The translations under genes and the position numbers were made by a program. The notes under the pieces are model-generated. The model was not told the origin of the DNA and made no database searches. It saw nothing but the letters and a program-made list of their open reading frames with translations. This document shows, piece after piece, positions 21,291 to 31,259 of a stretch of 64,000 nt of DNA (positions are counted from its first letter, which is position 1; each line of letters begins with the position of its first letter). The stretch spans positions 4,858 to 68,857 of the forward strand of contig JBDRJN010000005.1 of assembly GCA_043814965.1 (NCBI GenBank). Direction: 5' to 3'. The stretch is from Candidatus Omnitrophota bacterium. GTDB lineage: Bacteria; Omnitrophota; Gorgyraeia; Gorgyraeales; Gorgyraeaceae.

Positions 21291-21980
21291 CTACATACAC
21301 TTTGAAGGATTATTTATCTCTGTATCTATTTTTTTTACTACACAAGCGGGATTACCTGCCACCATAGTATTAGATTCTACATCTTCAACTACAACTGATC
21401 CAGCTGCTATAATTGCATTATCTCCTATTGCAACTCCCCGGAATATAGCTGAATTAAAACCTATCCATACTCGTTTACCAATGCGAATTGGTGCAGACGG
21501 AACTATAGGCCTCGTACCATGTGTATCACCCATTTGAATTCGCCAATCTTGTTCTCTTAAATATGGGTCCAGGGGATGTCCTCTTGTATCGATAATATGG
21601 ACTCCATGTGCGATCATAGTTAGTTGCCCAATCTCTATATAATTTTCTGCGCTAATTATAGTATCGTCTCCTATATAGACTTCATCACCGATAAAAATGC
21701 AACCATTTCCTCTAGTGCCACACCTGAGTAACCCTCTACAAAACACTCTATTACCAAGTCTTATATCTTCACGCCTACCACTATTTACACACCATGCATT
21801 TGGTCCTATACGACAGTCTTGTCCCATAATACTATTTTTCTTAAATACTTCCCATGCTAACTGTGCTTTTTGTGTCTCAAACCATTTAATAAAAATACTA
21901 ATGAACGGAAAAAGAACAGAGAGCCTTTTGTCCTCAAAAATCTTTCCCCTCGCATAAGCATGAGACGAATCTCTTGGCAT
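21291..21980 (-). CDS. Hexapeptide-repeat (LbH) O-acyltransferase
   Basis: PIRIGKRVWIGFNSAIFRGVAIGDNAIIAAGSVV and GNPA; AAGGAG SD upstream. Confidence 0.88.
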   Translation of the reverse strand: MPRDSSHAYARGKIFEDKRLSVLFPFISIFIKWFETQKAQLAWEVFKKNSIMGQDCRIGPNAWCVNSGRREDIRLGNRVFCRGLLRCGTRGNGCIFIGDEVYIGDDTIISAENYIEIGQLTMIAHGVHIIDTRGHPLDPYLREQDWRIQMGDTHGTRPIVPSAPIRIGKRVWIGFNSAIFRGVAIGDNAIIAAGSVVVEDVESNTMVAGNPACVVKKIDTEINNPSKCM

Positions 21981-22050
21981 TTTTTCTCCTTTATTTAATA
22001 AAAGTATACTTTATAATATCAACTCGCAGAAACCGTATTACATACAAGCT

Positions 22051-23766
22051 TCATGAAAGACCAATCCAATCGTAATTAAGAAGATGGCGATATTTATTCT
22101 TTATCTGAATTTGAAACATCTTATACATCCTGTCCTCAGAGAATTTTGTATTCTGAACCATCTCCTTTGCATCCATCCAAAGACGCTTTTCGTCATAATC
22201 GCCAAAAGCACTAAATACAGGGCTAAGATCGCTTGTCACCTTAGACAAAACTAAATAAATATACGAAAAAACCTTTGCCTTTTCAACCTCTATTTTGCTC
22301 AATGACTTAAAAGTGTGTACATTTTTTAGGATCGAAAAATACTCGTCCTTTGTCTTTGGTTCATGGGTAAACCCCAAACCAGAATATATAGTTTCTCCGC
22401 CTATGACGCAAGGAATGCCAAAAACAGAATATTCATATCCAGCACTGCCATGCGTTGTCAATATAACATTCACTATAGATGGCAAAGAACCTGTATTAAC
22501 ATTTTCTGGAAAAAGCTTGATATGTTTACAATTTTTTGCCAACCTTTTATATTCTTTCTTCGCTGTTGTCTTAACATCATTTATCTCATCCCATGGATGG
22601 GGTTTTATTAACCAATTAACATGATCAAGGGCTTTAGCTTCCATTAACGTGACTCGAAGCCATGTTAATGGATCCTTGAATAAACTCCAGCTATTCGCAA
22701 ATACCACTTCTGTCATCATATTTGACATTACGCCAACAATAGGCCGATCAACATCCCATCCAAACCTGTCACATAACTCCTGACGTGAGATAACAGGATT
22801 CTCTTTTTTAAAAGCATCATAACTAACATCACTATCAATCTGTATATATTCTGACTTGAATCTTTTATTTATATATTTTCCGCCTGAACAAACTGCTTCT
22901 ATTCTATGACTCTGCCATACATATTCAAAAAGCTTGCGTTCAAACCTGCCAACATCTTTAAAAGCTCTATCTATACCTTTAAATCTACATACTGTAAAAC
23001 TCTTTGGCTTGCCGCCTCTAGAATACACTACGGTTCCATTTTTCAAAGCAACTTGATATACGATTGCTCCAGGCATAAACTGCCTATCAGATTGGATCAA
23101 AACAGGAAACGCGTTACAATCAAACAATTTTTTAAGATAATCCTGGTAGCATAGCGCTTCTCTCATATAACTAATAAAAACTGGCTGAATGCTGTCAGCT
23201 GTCCCGAAACCAGATGTTCTCAAATAAGTATCGTAAACTATCTTTCCTATATGGACATCTTCCAGCTTAAGATTCAAAAAATCATCAATATTTTTCAACT
23301 CTCCAAATATGTGTACAGCTTTAGAAGTATAGCGTATAAAATCCAGCGCACTATTATTTCTATCGCTCAGGTAGAAAAATTTACTAATACCGTAGGATTT
23401 GAATAAGAGTTCAAGCTTTCTGTCTCGTTTATGTAAAAGCGCTGCTCCTTGAATGCCATAAACATCCATAACATATCTTCCAATAATTAAATTCAGTAAA
23501 ACATACCCCATGTGATTGACAAGGCCTTCGATCAAAACATACTGTTGGCCATTTTTAATCACTTTTTTATCAACTTGCTGCCATAAAAAAGCATTGGTAT
23601 TCAAAAACTCCTGAAAAGCTTTTTCAATATCATCATTTTCTTTATCTGCTTTTGACAAAATATTAGGTCTGCTTTTAAGTTGTGCTATGCGTTTGGGTAG
23701 CGACATTAACAATAGAACAAAGTACTTAAACAGTAAGAAATAGGTTCTTAAATTATATTTAATCAT
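22051..23766 (-). CDS. Capsule-biosynthesis-family GT-B protein, candidate CMP-nonulosonate transferase
   Basis: LIKPHPWD and TTHGSAGYEYSVFGIP resemble the HP and GS/T motifs of CMP-Kdo/sialic acid transferases; lies just downstream of the CMP-nonulosonate synthetase. Confidence 0.55.
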   Translation of the reverse strand: MIKYNLRTYFLLFKYFVLLLMSLPKRIAQLKSRPNILSKADKENDDIEKAFQEFLNTNAFLWQQVDKKVIKNGQQYVLIEGLVNHMGYVLLNLIIGRYVMDVYGIQGAALLHKRDRKLELLFKSYGISKFFYLSDRNNSALDFIRYTSKAVHIFGELKNIDDFLNLKLEDVHIGKIVYDTYLRTSGFGTADSIQPVFISYMREALCYQDYLKKLFDCNAFPVLIQSDRQFMPGAIVYQVALKNGTVVYSRGGKPKSFTVCRFKGIDRAFKDVGRFERKLFEYVWQSHRIEAVCSGGKYINKRFKSEYIQIDSDVSYDAFKKENPVISRQELCDRFGWDVDRPIVGVMSNMMTEVVFANSWSLFKDPLTWLRVTLMEAKALDHVNWLIKPHPWDEINDVKTTAKKEYKRLAKNCKHIKLFPENVNTGSLPSIVNVILTTHGSAGYEYSVFGIPCVIGGETIYSGLGFTHEPKTKDEYFSILKNVHTFKSLSKIEVEKAKVFSYIYLVLSKVTSDLSPVFSAFGDYDEKRLWMDAKEMVQNTKFSEDRMYKMFQIQIKNKYRHLLNYDWIGLS

Positions 23767-25154
23767 GTCTGACGAAATCCTCTGAAGTTTAAGTTTTTTT
23801 CGTTATATAGTTTTTTGGCTTGTTCTGTGCACAATGACTGTCTTTTTTTAAAAAAATTGCCTATTAGCCTTGTATTTGCGTCCAATAGGCAAGAATAAAA
23901 TTCTGCATCGCTTAGATCTGTAAAATTCACTGTCAATAAATCAGAGTTTAGATGCTTATTTTCATAAAAATCTTCCACATCTTTTAATAATCCTTTTTCT
24001 ATAGCATAATAGTATAATGGACTGCCAGGATATGGAGTGACTGGCCTAATTGTCCTTAACTGAGAATCATCGCTATATCTCAGCAAAAATTCCAACCCTT
24101 TTTGTAAAGTTTCTTTTGTTTCACCAATATTTCCAAATATTATATTAAGGCCTGGGCTTATTCCAGAGTCAATTGTATTTCTCACTCCTTCATGAATAAT
24201 TTTAACCGTAAGCCCTTTTTTCATTATATCTAGGGCCTCTTGGTCCATAGATTCAATACCGTAATTAATAAACACGCAACCTGCTTTTTTCATCAATTTT
24301 AAAACTTTTGGTTTTGCAAAATTCAGCCTTCCATTGCAATCCCACCTGAATTTTACACCCGAATCAATTATCGCTTCGCATAATTCAATCGTTCTTTTTT
24401 CGGAACTCATTAAAAGATCGTCTGAAAATTCAATAGCTGAGATGTTATAGTCTTTTTGCAAAAGCTTAATTTCCTCTAAGATATTATCGGCACTCCTTGG
24501 CCTAAAACCTTTGTCCATCCTATAACAAAAATTACATTTAAAGATACATCCTCTTCCAGATAAAACAGGCATATGCCTATCGTTATTGGCAAAACCTTTT
24601 ACAGGCCTCATGAGCGCATAATGATCTATAGGAAACAGCTCATATGCTGGGAAATCTATGTCGTCAATATTTTGAATAAGCGGTCTTGGTAGGTTGATTA
24701 CACATTTCCCGGAATTATTATAAGCTATGCCCTTTATCAAAGAAAGATCTTTTCTGCTCTCCAGGGCTTCTACAATCTCAAGGATAGTTATCTCTCCTTC
24801 GCCAATAACTATCGCATCAGCTTGTGTTTTTTTCATAAAATAGCTAGGTTCAGGGGCTGAGCCATGGCCTCCTAGAATATAAAAAGGTCTGTTCTTTGAT
24901 TGATTGATGGCATCCGATAAAAGCAATAATTTTTTATACTGGTAATATCCGCCGATTATACTCAAGCCTACTATATCAAAATCCATATTGTTAAGATAAT
25001 TCTTTAGATGAAGCTCCGACCAGTGATAAACATCCTGGTTATATATTGTTACCTCATGCCCATTTTCTTTCAAAACCCTGGCAATATATGCAATACCCTG
25101 GGGAAAATATGACACAAGTGAATCATTATCATAAACGATCAGTAATATTTTCAT
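23763..25154 (-). CDS. Cobalamin-binding radical SAM protein (class B methyltransferase-like)
   Basis: PQGIAYIA, LGGHG, GEGE, RGCIFKCNFC (Cx3Cx2C), GIES, PYPGSPLY. Confidence 0.88.
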   Translation of the reverse strand: MKILLIVYDNDSLVSYFPQGIAYIARVLKENGHEVTIYNQDVYHWSELHLKNYLNNMDFDIVGLSIIGGYYQYKKLLLLSDAINQSKNRPFYILGGHGSAPEPSYFMKKTQADAIVIGEGEITILEIVEALESRKDLSLIKGIAYNNSGKCVINLPRPLIQNIDDIDFPAYELFPIDHYALMRPVKGFANNDRHMPVLSGRGCIFKCNFCYRMDKGFRPRSADNILEEIKLLQKDYNISAIEFSDDLLMSSEKRTIELCEAIIDSGVKFRWDCNGRLNFAKPKVLKLMKKAGCVFINYGIESMDQEALDIMKKGLTVKIIHEGVRNTIDSGISPGLNIIFGNIGETKETLQKGLEFLLRYSDDSQLRTIRPVTPYPGSPLYYYAIEKGLLKDVEDFYENKHLNSDLLTVNFTDLSDAEFYSCLLDANTRLIGNFFKKRQSLCTEQAKKLYNEKNLNFRGFRQT

Positions 25155-25870
25155 TTGAGTGTTTTTTGTAAATCTGGAGATTTTTTATTAACTATAAATT
25201 CTGCGAATTTGAAATCCAGTTCATCGTCTATATCAAGTGATGGAATACGCCCCATTAAATAATAAGTAGTTTTCGGAGTATAAAAGGTTCTGTATTTTAA
25301 AAAATCTGAACATCTCATTATATAAATAGCTCCATTAACGATAAATAATTTCGATAAATCCTGCTGGCTAGAATCGGCAATAAACTCTTTCAAAAACCCG
25401 CTTGCCTGAATAGTTTTCGTCAAACAGGGATTTTTGTTTATCCTACCGATTGAAATTAATGATAGCGCTTTTTTAAAATTAACAAATTTTTTAATAGCTT
25501 TATCTAAATAGGCATGGTCTCTAAATGGAGAGGTAGGTTGTAACAGACAAAAAAAATCATACTGTTTGTTTTCCTTATTATTTAACCAATTAAGGGCATG
25601 AATAATAAACTCACTGCTTGGTGAAATGTCTGTCGCAAATTTAGCGGGTCTTTTAAATGGGACCTCAATATTATATTTTTTAGCTATAGAAACGACTTCG
25701 TCTGAATCCGTAGAAACAATTATTCTATCTATATATTCTGACTTCCTGGCCGCTTCTATAGTATATGCTATTAAAGGTCTACCTCCTAAGTCCCTCGTAT
25801 TCTTCCCAGTCACTCTTTTTGACCCTTTTCTTGCAGGGATCAAAGCTAACAATGTTTTTTTTCTATACAT
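25151..25870 (-). CDS. neuA: CMP-nonulosonic acid synthetase (NeuA/LegF/PseF family)
   Basis: IPARKGSKRVTGKN, LLQPTSPFR, NGAIY, SLDIDD. Start moved to ATG 25870 (MYRKK). Confidence 0.88.
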   Translation of the reverse strand: MYRKKTLLALIPARKGSKRVTGKNTRDLGGRPLIAYTIEAARKSEYIDRIIVSTDSDEVVSIAKKYNIEVPFKRPAKFATDISPSSEFIIHALNWLNNKENKQYDFFCLLQPTSPFRDHAYLDKAIKKFVNFKKALSLISIGRINKNPCLTKTIQASGFLKEFIADSSQQDLSKLFIVNGAIYIMRCSDFLKYRTFYTPKTTYYLMGRIPSLDIDDELDFKFAEFIVNKKSPDLQKTLK

Positions 25871-25895
25871 AGCAACCTGACGTCTGTTTAACTGA

Positions 25896-26957
25896 CTATA
25901 ACTTATTAAAGACTTTTTTGTACTCTTCCCATTGGCCAATATCCACGTAATCTCTTCCATTTATAGGGTACATCATGACTTTTTTATTGTTTTCTATAAG
26001 TTTTTTCACCAAATCTGTCATATCAAAATATGAATCTTTCGGTATAAACTGTAAGGATTCCTTGTTGAGTATGTAGACTCCGGCATTTACCGTAAAAGTG
26101 TACTCCGGCTTTTCTAAAATAGATTCGACTTCTCCGCCTTCCTTAAACTTTACTATCCCATAAGGAATTTTATAGTGCTGAATAGGGGATAAAATTGTCA
26201 TTACTGATCTCTGTTCTTTATGAAAACTCACCACGTCTTCAAAATCAGCTTTAACAATAACATCGCAATTAGAGACTATGAATAGATCTCCTATTTTGTT
26301 TTCTAAAAGCTTTAAACTACCTGCTGTTCCTAAAAATTCCTTTTCTACTAGATATTTAATCTCATAATCTCTTTCTATTCCATTAAAATATGACTTGATT
26401 ATCTCGCTTTTATGGTTTAACGTTATAAAATATTCATTGGCGCCCTGCTGTTTGAATTCCTCTATGATTATCTCGATGATAGGCTTATCGCCTATAGGGA
26501 TTAAGGGCTTAGGGAGGACCTTGGTAAATGGGTCTAACCTTGAACCTTTTCCACCTGCCATAATAACCACGGGTATATTGATCTTGCCATTATTGGTTAT
26601 TTTGGTTTTATCTTCAAAAAATACCTCGTTCCATGTAACAAAATCTACAACCTTATTTCCTTCATCTAATATTGGGAGTAAATCTATCCTATCCCTAATG
26701 AATATTTTTCTTACCAGATCTATTGAATAATTTTCTTTTTTGATATAATTAGGCTTCCTGTTATAGACTTCGCTGATATTGTTTTCCAAGCTTTTGCCGG
26801 TCAATATATAACGTCTGATATCCCCATCTGTTATAGTCCCCAATAATCTATTCTGGTCGTCTATCACCAGCAGAACTTTTTTCCCGCCTTCATTTAGACT
26901 TTTTAAAGCGTCTTTTATAGACTTTGATTGATAAATTAGAACATCCTTTTGGAACAT
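25896..26957 (-). CDS. CBS-domain nucleotidyltransferase (PtmE/LegX-like, GDP-GlcN pathway)
   Basis: GTITDGDIRR CBS pair; MAGGKGSRL, PKPL, LGTAGSL, DIGQWEEY. Confidence 0.88.
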   Translation of the reverse strand: MFQKDVLIYQSKSIKDALKSLNEGGKKVLLVIDDQNRLLGTITDGDIRRYILTGKSLENNISEVYNRKPNYIKKENYSIDLVRKIFIRDRIDLLPILDEGNKVVDFVTWNEVFFEDKTKITNNGKINIPVVIMAGGKGSRLDPFTKVLPKPLIPIGDKPIIEIIIEEFKQQGANEYFITLNHKSEIIKSYFNGIERDYEIKYLVEKEFLGTAGSLKLLENKIGDLFIVSNCDVIVKADFEDVVSFHKEQRSVMTILSPIQHYKIPYGIVKFKEGGEVESILEKPEYTFTVNAGVYILNKESLQFIPKDSYFDMTDLVKKLIENNKKVMMYPINGRDYVDIGQWEEYKKVFNKL

Positions 26958-26959
26958 TT

Positions 26960-28138
26960 CTATCCTCTCTGTTTAAAGTCTATATCAAAAAAAGATTTTT
27001 TTAAACTATTGGGGACATCATACCTTTTTAATATATACTTGATTTTTTTTGCAGTATTGCCATTGCCATATGGGTTAGTTATGCTTTTAAGGGATCTTTT
27101 AAATTTTTTGGAATATATCCTTTTTATAGCTTTCCTTATATCTTCTTTTTGCGGTTTGCAATCTATAACGTTCTTCGCTTTAATCCTTCCCTTCTGTCTA
27201 TCCCCAATATTGACCGCTCCTATTTTGAAACTCGGGGCTTCTATAATAGCGCTGGATGAATTTCCGACTACAGCATCCATAAATCGCATTGTTGATAAAT
27301 ATAAGGTCTGGCCCATCGATGTAAACGCTTTAGCCTTATCTGGATTTTTAGACACATAATTATCTATCATTTTATTAATGATCCTGCCGTGGGTATCAGC
27401 ATTTGATCCTGTGAAAATTATATTTGTATCATTTAACTCATCTAGCGCAGCAATCAAGTTCTGGAATTGCTTGCCTGCTGTATCGTCTTCTAGAGTAACC
27501 GGATGAAAAGTAACTAACAAATTATGCTTATTCAACTTAAAACCTAATTTCGGCTCTAATGCTTTTCTGGTTAATAATTTCAGCTGCTTTATATTATCTA
27601 TTCCTATCGCTCCGACATTAAAAACTCTCTTAGGCGCTTCGCCTAATTGAATTATACGTTTTTTATACTTTTTAATGGCAGTAAAATGCAAATTACTCAT
27701 TTTAGTTATAGAATGTCTTATCGCCTCGTCAATGGCCCCAAAAGTAGCCTCACCTCCATATAAATGAGCTATAGGAATCCTTGAAACCATCGCTGCTATA
27801 ACTGCTGATAACATTTCAAATCTGTCTCCGATAATCACAATAATATCAGGTTTCAACCTATTATAAGCTTCACTTAAACTTATTAATCCTAATCCCATAG
27901 ACTTACTCAAACCTATAGGCGTATCAGAACTTAATAAGATCTCTATTTTTTCATTTATTTTAAAGCCATCTTTTTCCAACTCTTTATAAGTTAAATTAAA
28001 TTCCGGGGACATATGCATTCCAGAAACAATGAGCTGAAGCTGTAATTCTTTATCTTTTTTTATCTCATCCATTAAAGGCTTTAAAAGTCCGTATTCAGCC
28101 CTAGAACCTGTGAATATACAAATTTTTCTCTTCACCAT
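26960..28138 (-). CDS. neuC: Hydrolysing NDP-sugar 2-epimerase (NeuC/LegG)
   Basis: TGSRAEYGLL, GDRFE, DEAIRHSITK, TFHPVT, GNSSS, NIGDRQKGR, NPYGNG. Confidence 0.92.
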   Translation of the reverse strand: MVKRKICIFTGSRAEYGLLKPLMDEIKKDKELQLQLIVSGMHMSPEFNLTYKELEKDGFKINEKIEILLSSDTPIGLSKSMGLGLISLSEAYNRLKPDIIVIIGDRFEMLSAVIAAMVSRIPIAHLYGGEATFGAIDEAIRHSITKMSNLHFTAIKKYKKRIIQLGEAPKRVFNVGAIGIDNIKQLKLLTRKALEPKLGFKLNKHNLLVTFHPVTLEDDTAGKQFQNLIAALDELNDTNIIFTGSNADTHGRIINKMIDNYVSKNPDKAKAFTSMGQTLYLSTMRFMDAVVGNSSSAIIEAPSFKIGAVNIGDRQKGRIKAKNVIDCKPQKEDIRKAIKRIYSKKFKRSLKSITNPYGNGNTAKKIKYILKRYDVPNSLKKSFFDIDFKQRG

Positions 28139-28800
28139 GCCTCCTTTAGTATCATAAAGCTTTCCGCATACTTATATCCAGCTGTTGCTCCTCTGAATAT
28201 AGCTAAAGCTTTTATATTCTTCAGGCTTCTTGGAAATGGGTGCTGGTTAATTTCAGTCTTAAAAATTTTAATAATATCGATCTTTTTATCCAAATAATCA
28301 GTGATATCCACGAAATAATTAGGAATAAAAGCTATTTCTTTTAAGCTTGGAGCAAATTCAGTCTCGCTAATTATTTCCATCGCCAAAATTTTCTTAATGA
28401 ATGGGCAACGAAATTTCTTAGCAGAACTCCATGCTGCTTCAGAAATTATCCTATGATCACTATGTGTGTCCCCCATGAACGGCAAATAAAGTATATTTGG
28501 TTTGACTTGCTGCAAAATTTCTGAGATTTTTTTTATTACTTTATTTATAGGCCACCTCTCTACTTCTATTGTAGGAATTCCCAATTTATAAATACCATCG
28601 AAGCCATACTTTTTTGTGGCAATCTTTATTTCTCTTTCTCTTTGCAAAATCTTTTTTCTGCTAAAACCTTTCTTTTTCTTCATATCTGTGGCGATAAGCC
28701 AATAAACTTTGTCTCCATTCATCTTGTGCCTAAGTATTGTTCCGCCACAACCCAAAGTTTCATCATCAGGATGAACTGCTAATACTAAAACTTTATTCAT
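28132..28800 (-). CDS. PIG-L/LmbE family N-deacetylase
   Basis: HPDDETLGCGG metal motif, DTHSDH, SETE, FPRS. Confidence 0.9.
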   Translation of the reverse strand: MNKVLVLAVHPDDETLGCGGTILRHKMNGDKVYWLIATDMKKKKGFSRKKILQREREIKIATKKYGFDGIYKLGIPTIEVERWPINKVIKKISEILQQVKPNILYLPFMGDTHSDHRIISEAAWSSAKKFRCPFIKKILAMEIISETEFAPSLKEIAFIPNYFVDITDYLDKKIDIIKIFKTEINQHPFPRSLKNIKALAIFRGATAGYKYAESFMILKEAW

Positions 28801-29681
28801 AATAAATACTCCCCAATTTTTGGAAATTCATTAAATTCATGTTTTGTCAAAATAACTGCATTGTTATAACATTTCACTAGTATCTTATTATCGGTTATAT
28901 CCAACACCTTGCCGCTTTCGATATTATCTTGAGTTAACTCTACTTCTTTTGCTTCCCAAATCTTAATATTAACATCATTGTAAAAAATATGCGCCCCTAT
29001 ATATGGCTTTGTCAATGCTCTTACAAGATTATAAACCCCTCTGCTAGTCATTCTAAAATCTATCTTCCCGTCTTCCTCTCTTCTTTTCCGCCAAAAATTC
29101 GCTTTTGTATTGTCTTGGGAAATCCTGCAATAAGTCTTATTTTGTAGCTTTGGCAAAAAATCTCCCATTTGGGTTAAAGCTGTATTTGTAATCTTATTAT
29201 AGAGAGACTTTGCATTGTCTTCATAGGTTATATCTACATATTCTTGGCTTAAAAGATCTCCACCATCAATGCTATCATCTATAAAGAAAAACGTAGAAGC
29301 AGTTCTCTCTAGACCAAGGGCTAAGGCCCAAACAATAGGATGCCTGCCTCTGTTCTGAGGTAGGATTGCAGGATGAAATCCTACAATCCCCATCGGTGCG
29401 CTATATATAATTTCTTTTTTTAAGATCTGTGAAAATCCAAAACAGAAAATTATGTCCGGACTTAACTTTCTAATCCATTCTATATTATCCTGAGAATTGA
29501 TATCGGTAACATATCTGCAGGGAATACCCTTATGGCTACAAAGATCCGACAAATCTGAAAAATCGGCGTTAAAGTCAGATTTTTCTTTGGTTAACACCCC
29601 GACAACATTTGCCTTATAGAATATCAATTGTTTCAGCATGCTTTCACCGAATTTAACTGTTCCTATAAAAACTATTCTCAT
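28797..29681 (-). CDS. Sugar N-formyltransferase (Fmt-like, N10-formyl-THF dependent)
   Basis: GFHPAILPQNRGRHP, IDGGD, NLVRALTKPYIGA. Start moved to ATG 29681 (MRIVFIG). Confidence 0.88.
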   Translation of the reverse strand: MRIVFIGTVKFGESMLKQLIFYKANVVGVLTKEKSDFNADFSDLSDLCSHKGIPCRYVTDINSQDNIEWIRKLSPDIIFCFGFSQILKKEIIYSAPMGIVGFHPAILPQNRGRHPIVWALALGLERTASTFFFIDDSIDGGDLLSQEYVDITYEDNAKSLYNKITNTALTQMGDFLPKLQNKTYCRISQDNTKANFWRKRREEDGKIDFRMTSRGVYNLVRALTKPYIGAHIFYNDVNIKIWEAKEVELTQDNIESGKVLDITDNKILVKCYNNAVILTKHEFNEFPKIGEYLL

Positions 29682-29692
29682 TAGTTTATTTT

Positions 29693-30376
29693 TCAAAACA
29701 TGATTTTTCGGCATTTTTTAATAGAAGACGCAAAATTTTTGTACACTATCAAACCGCATGGGCCGCTTCGCTCTGGATGAAATTGAAAAGCATGAATATT
29801 GCGATAGTGTATACTTGAACAAAATTCAATATCACCGTATCCTGACATTGTTAAGCACATGCCATGATTCTCTGGTATAACATAATACGAATGGACAAAG
29901 TACATAAACTCGCCGTTTTTTATCCCTTTTAAAAGTAATTCTTCGAATGGTTTATTGCTTAAATCTTTATTTGCTTTATATATCTGATTCCAGCCAACAT
30001 GAGGAACTTTCAGCTGTGTTTCTATATCGTTAACTGGCCTGTTGAAACGAACTGTTTTTCCATTTATGATTCCCAATCCTTCATGATGCCCAAACTCAAA
30101 GCTTTCTGACATTAAAAGCTGCATCCCAAGACATATGCCCATAAAAGGCTTGGATAATGCAGCTTCTTTTAATGCTTCTACTAAACCCAGTCTTCTAATA
30201 TTTTTCATTGCATCACCGAAAGCGCCCACCCCAGGCAAAATAACAGCGTCTGCAGAGTTAATATCATCTACTGACGAGGTAATTAGCCCTTCCATTCCGC
30301 TGTTTTCGCAGGCGTTTTTAACGCTGAATAGATTTCCCATACCATAATTCACAATAGCAACTCTCGGATCACTCAT
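29693..30376 (-). CDS. HisH-like glutamine amidotransferase (WbuY-like)
   Basis: NYGMGNL, LPGVGAF, GICLGMQ, QFHPERS catalytic triad; located in the glycan locus. Confidence 0.88.
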   Translation of the reverse strand: MSDPRVAIVNYGMGNLFSVKNACENSGMEGLITSSVDDINSADAVILPGVGAFGDAMKNIRRLGLVEALKEAALSKPFMGICLGMQLLMSESFEFGHHEGLGIINGKTVRFNRPVNDIETQLKVPHVGWNQIYKANKDLSNKPFEELLLKGIKNGEFMYFVHSYYVIPENHGMCLTMSGYGDIEFCSSIHYRNIHAFQFHPERSGPCGLIVYKNFASSIKKCRKIMF

Positions 30377-31254
30377 TTTTCATTCTCTATGCTTTCCTGC
30401 ATCATATATCCGCATTTTATTCCATGTCTGGCCAAATATTTTTTGATTTCTATAGGTGTTATTTTTTGGATATTTACTGACTCCTGCCTTTTTTTAAAAA
30501 ACTCTATATTTCCCTCGCTTGAAAAATCATCTTCAAAATCATATTGTTCAATAAAAGCATAATGAAGCATGGAAGCTACGCTTACAGCATCTGCTTTTCC
30601 TTTAACTATCACATCTCTGATATGATCAAAATTTCCTGCGCCGCCACAGGCTATAACTGGGATTTGTACGGATCTTGAGATCTTCTGTGTTAATTCCAGA
30701 TCAAATCCACAGGCCGTGCCTTCCATGTCGATCGATGTAATCAATATCTCGCCTGCTCCTAATTTTTCTACATGCAATGCCCATTCAAAAGCATCAACAC
30801 CAGTCTGTTCTCGTCCGTTTTCGATATACGCCTCATAGGAACCGTCGGCTTTTCGCTTGGCTTCAATAGATACTGTAATTGTTGAAGAACCGAATTTTCT
30901 AGCAGCTTCTTTTATAAATTCTGGTTTTCGGATTGCGATTGTATTCAAAGAGACTTTGTCTGCCCCAGCTTGTAAAACAGTTTCTATGTCTCCTAGGTTC
31001 CTTAAACCACCTCCAACTGTTAAAGGTATAAAAATTTCCTTTGAAGTCTTTTTGATAATATCTAACAAGTTGTTTCGTCCATAGAGACTGGCGACTATAT
31101 CCATATATAAAAGTTCATCTGCGCCATTCTCATAATAATACCGCGCGAAACGCTCTGGTTTACCCATGACTCGTAACCCTTCTAGATTTACCCCCTTTAC
31201 AAGGTTTGGCCCTTTAATATCCAACCGTGGTATAAGTCTGATGTATTGTGGCAT
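30373..31254 (-). CDS. HisF-like cyclase-fold protein (WbuZ-like)
   Basis: IPRLDIKGPNLVKG, GADEL, PLTVGGG, GADKV, GAGEI, IACGGAG. Start moved to ATG 31254. Confidence 0.88.
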   Translation of the reverse strand: MPQYIRLIPRLDIKGPNLVKGVNLEGLRVMGKPERFARYYYENGADELLYMDIVASLYGRNNLLDIIKKTSKEIFIPLTVGGGLRNLGDIETVLQAGADKVSLNTIAIRKPEFIKEAARKFGSSTITVSIEAKRKADGSYEAYIENGREQTGVDAFEWALHVEKLGAGEILITSIDMEGTACGFDLELTQKISRSVQIPVIACGGAGNFDHIRDVIVKGKADAVSVASMLHYAFIEQYDFEDDFSSEGNIEFFKKRQESVNIQKITPIEIKKYLARHGIKCGYMMQESIENEK

Positions 31255-31259
31255 TTTGA

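Noticed and set aside
21981-22050. Possible internal promoter and short palindrome (AAAGTATACTTT) upstream of the acyltransferase
   Set aside because: Only weak -10/-35 matches in very AT-rich sequence; not distinguishable from chance.
29693-31254. hisH/hisF as histidine biosynthesis genes
   Set aside because: They follow a WbuX-type amidotransferase inside a glycan cluster with no other his genes; this is the known ammonia-supplying paralogue pair.
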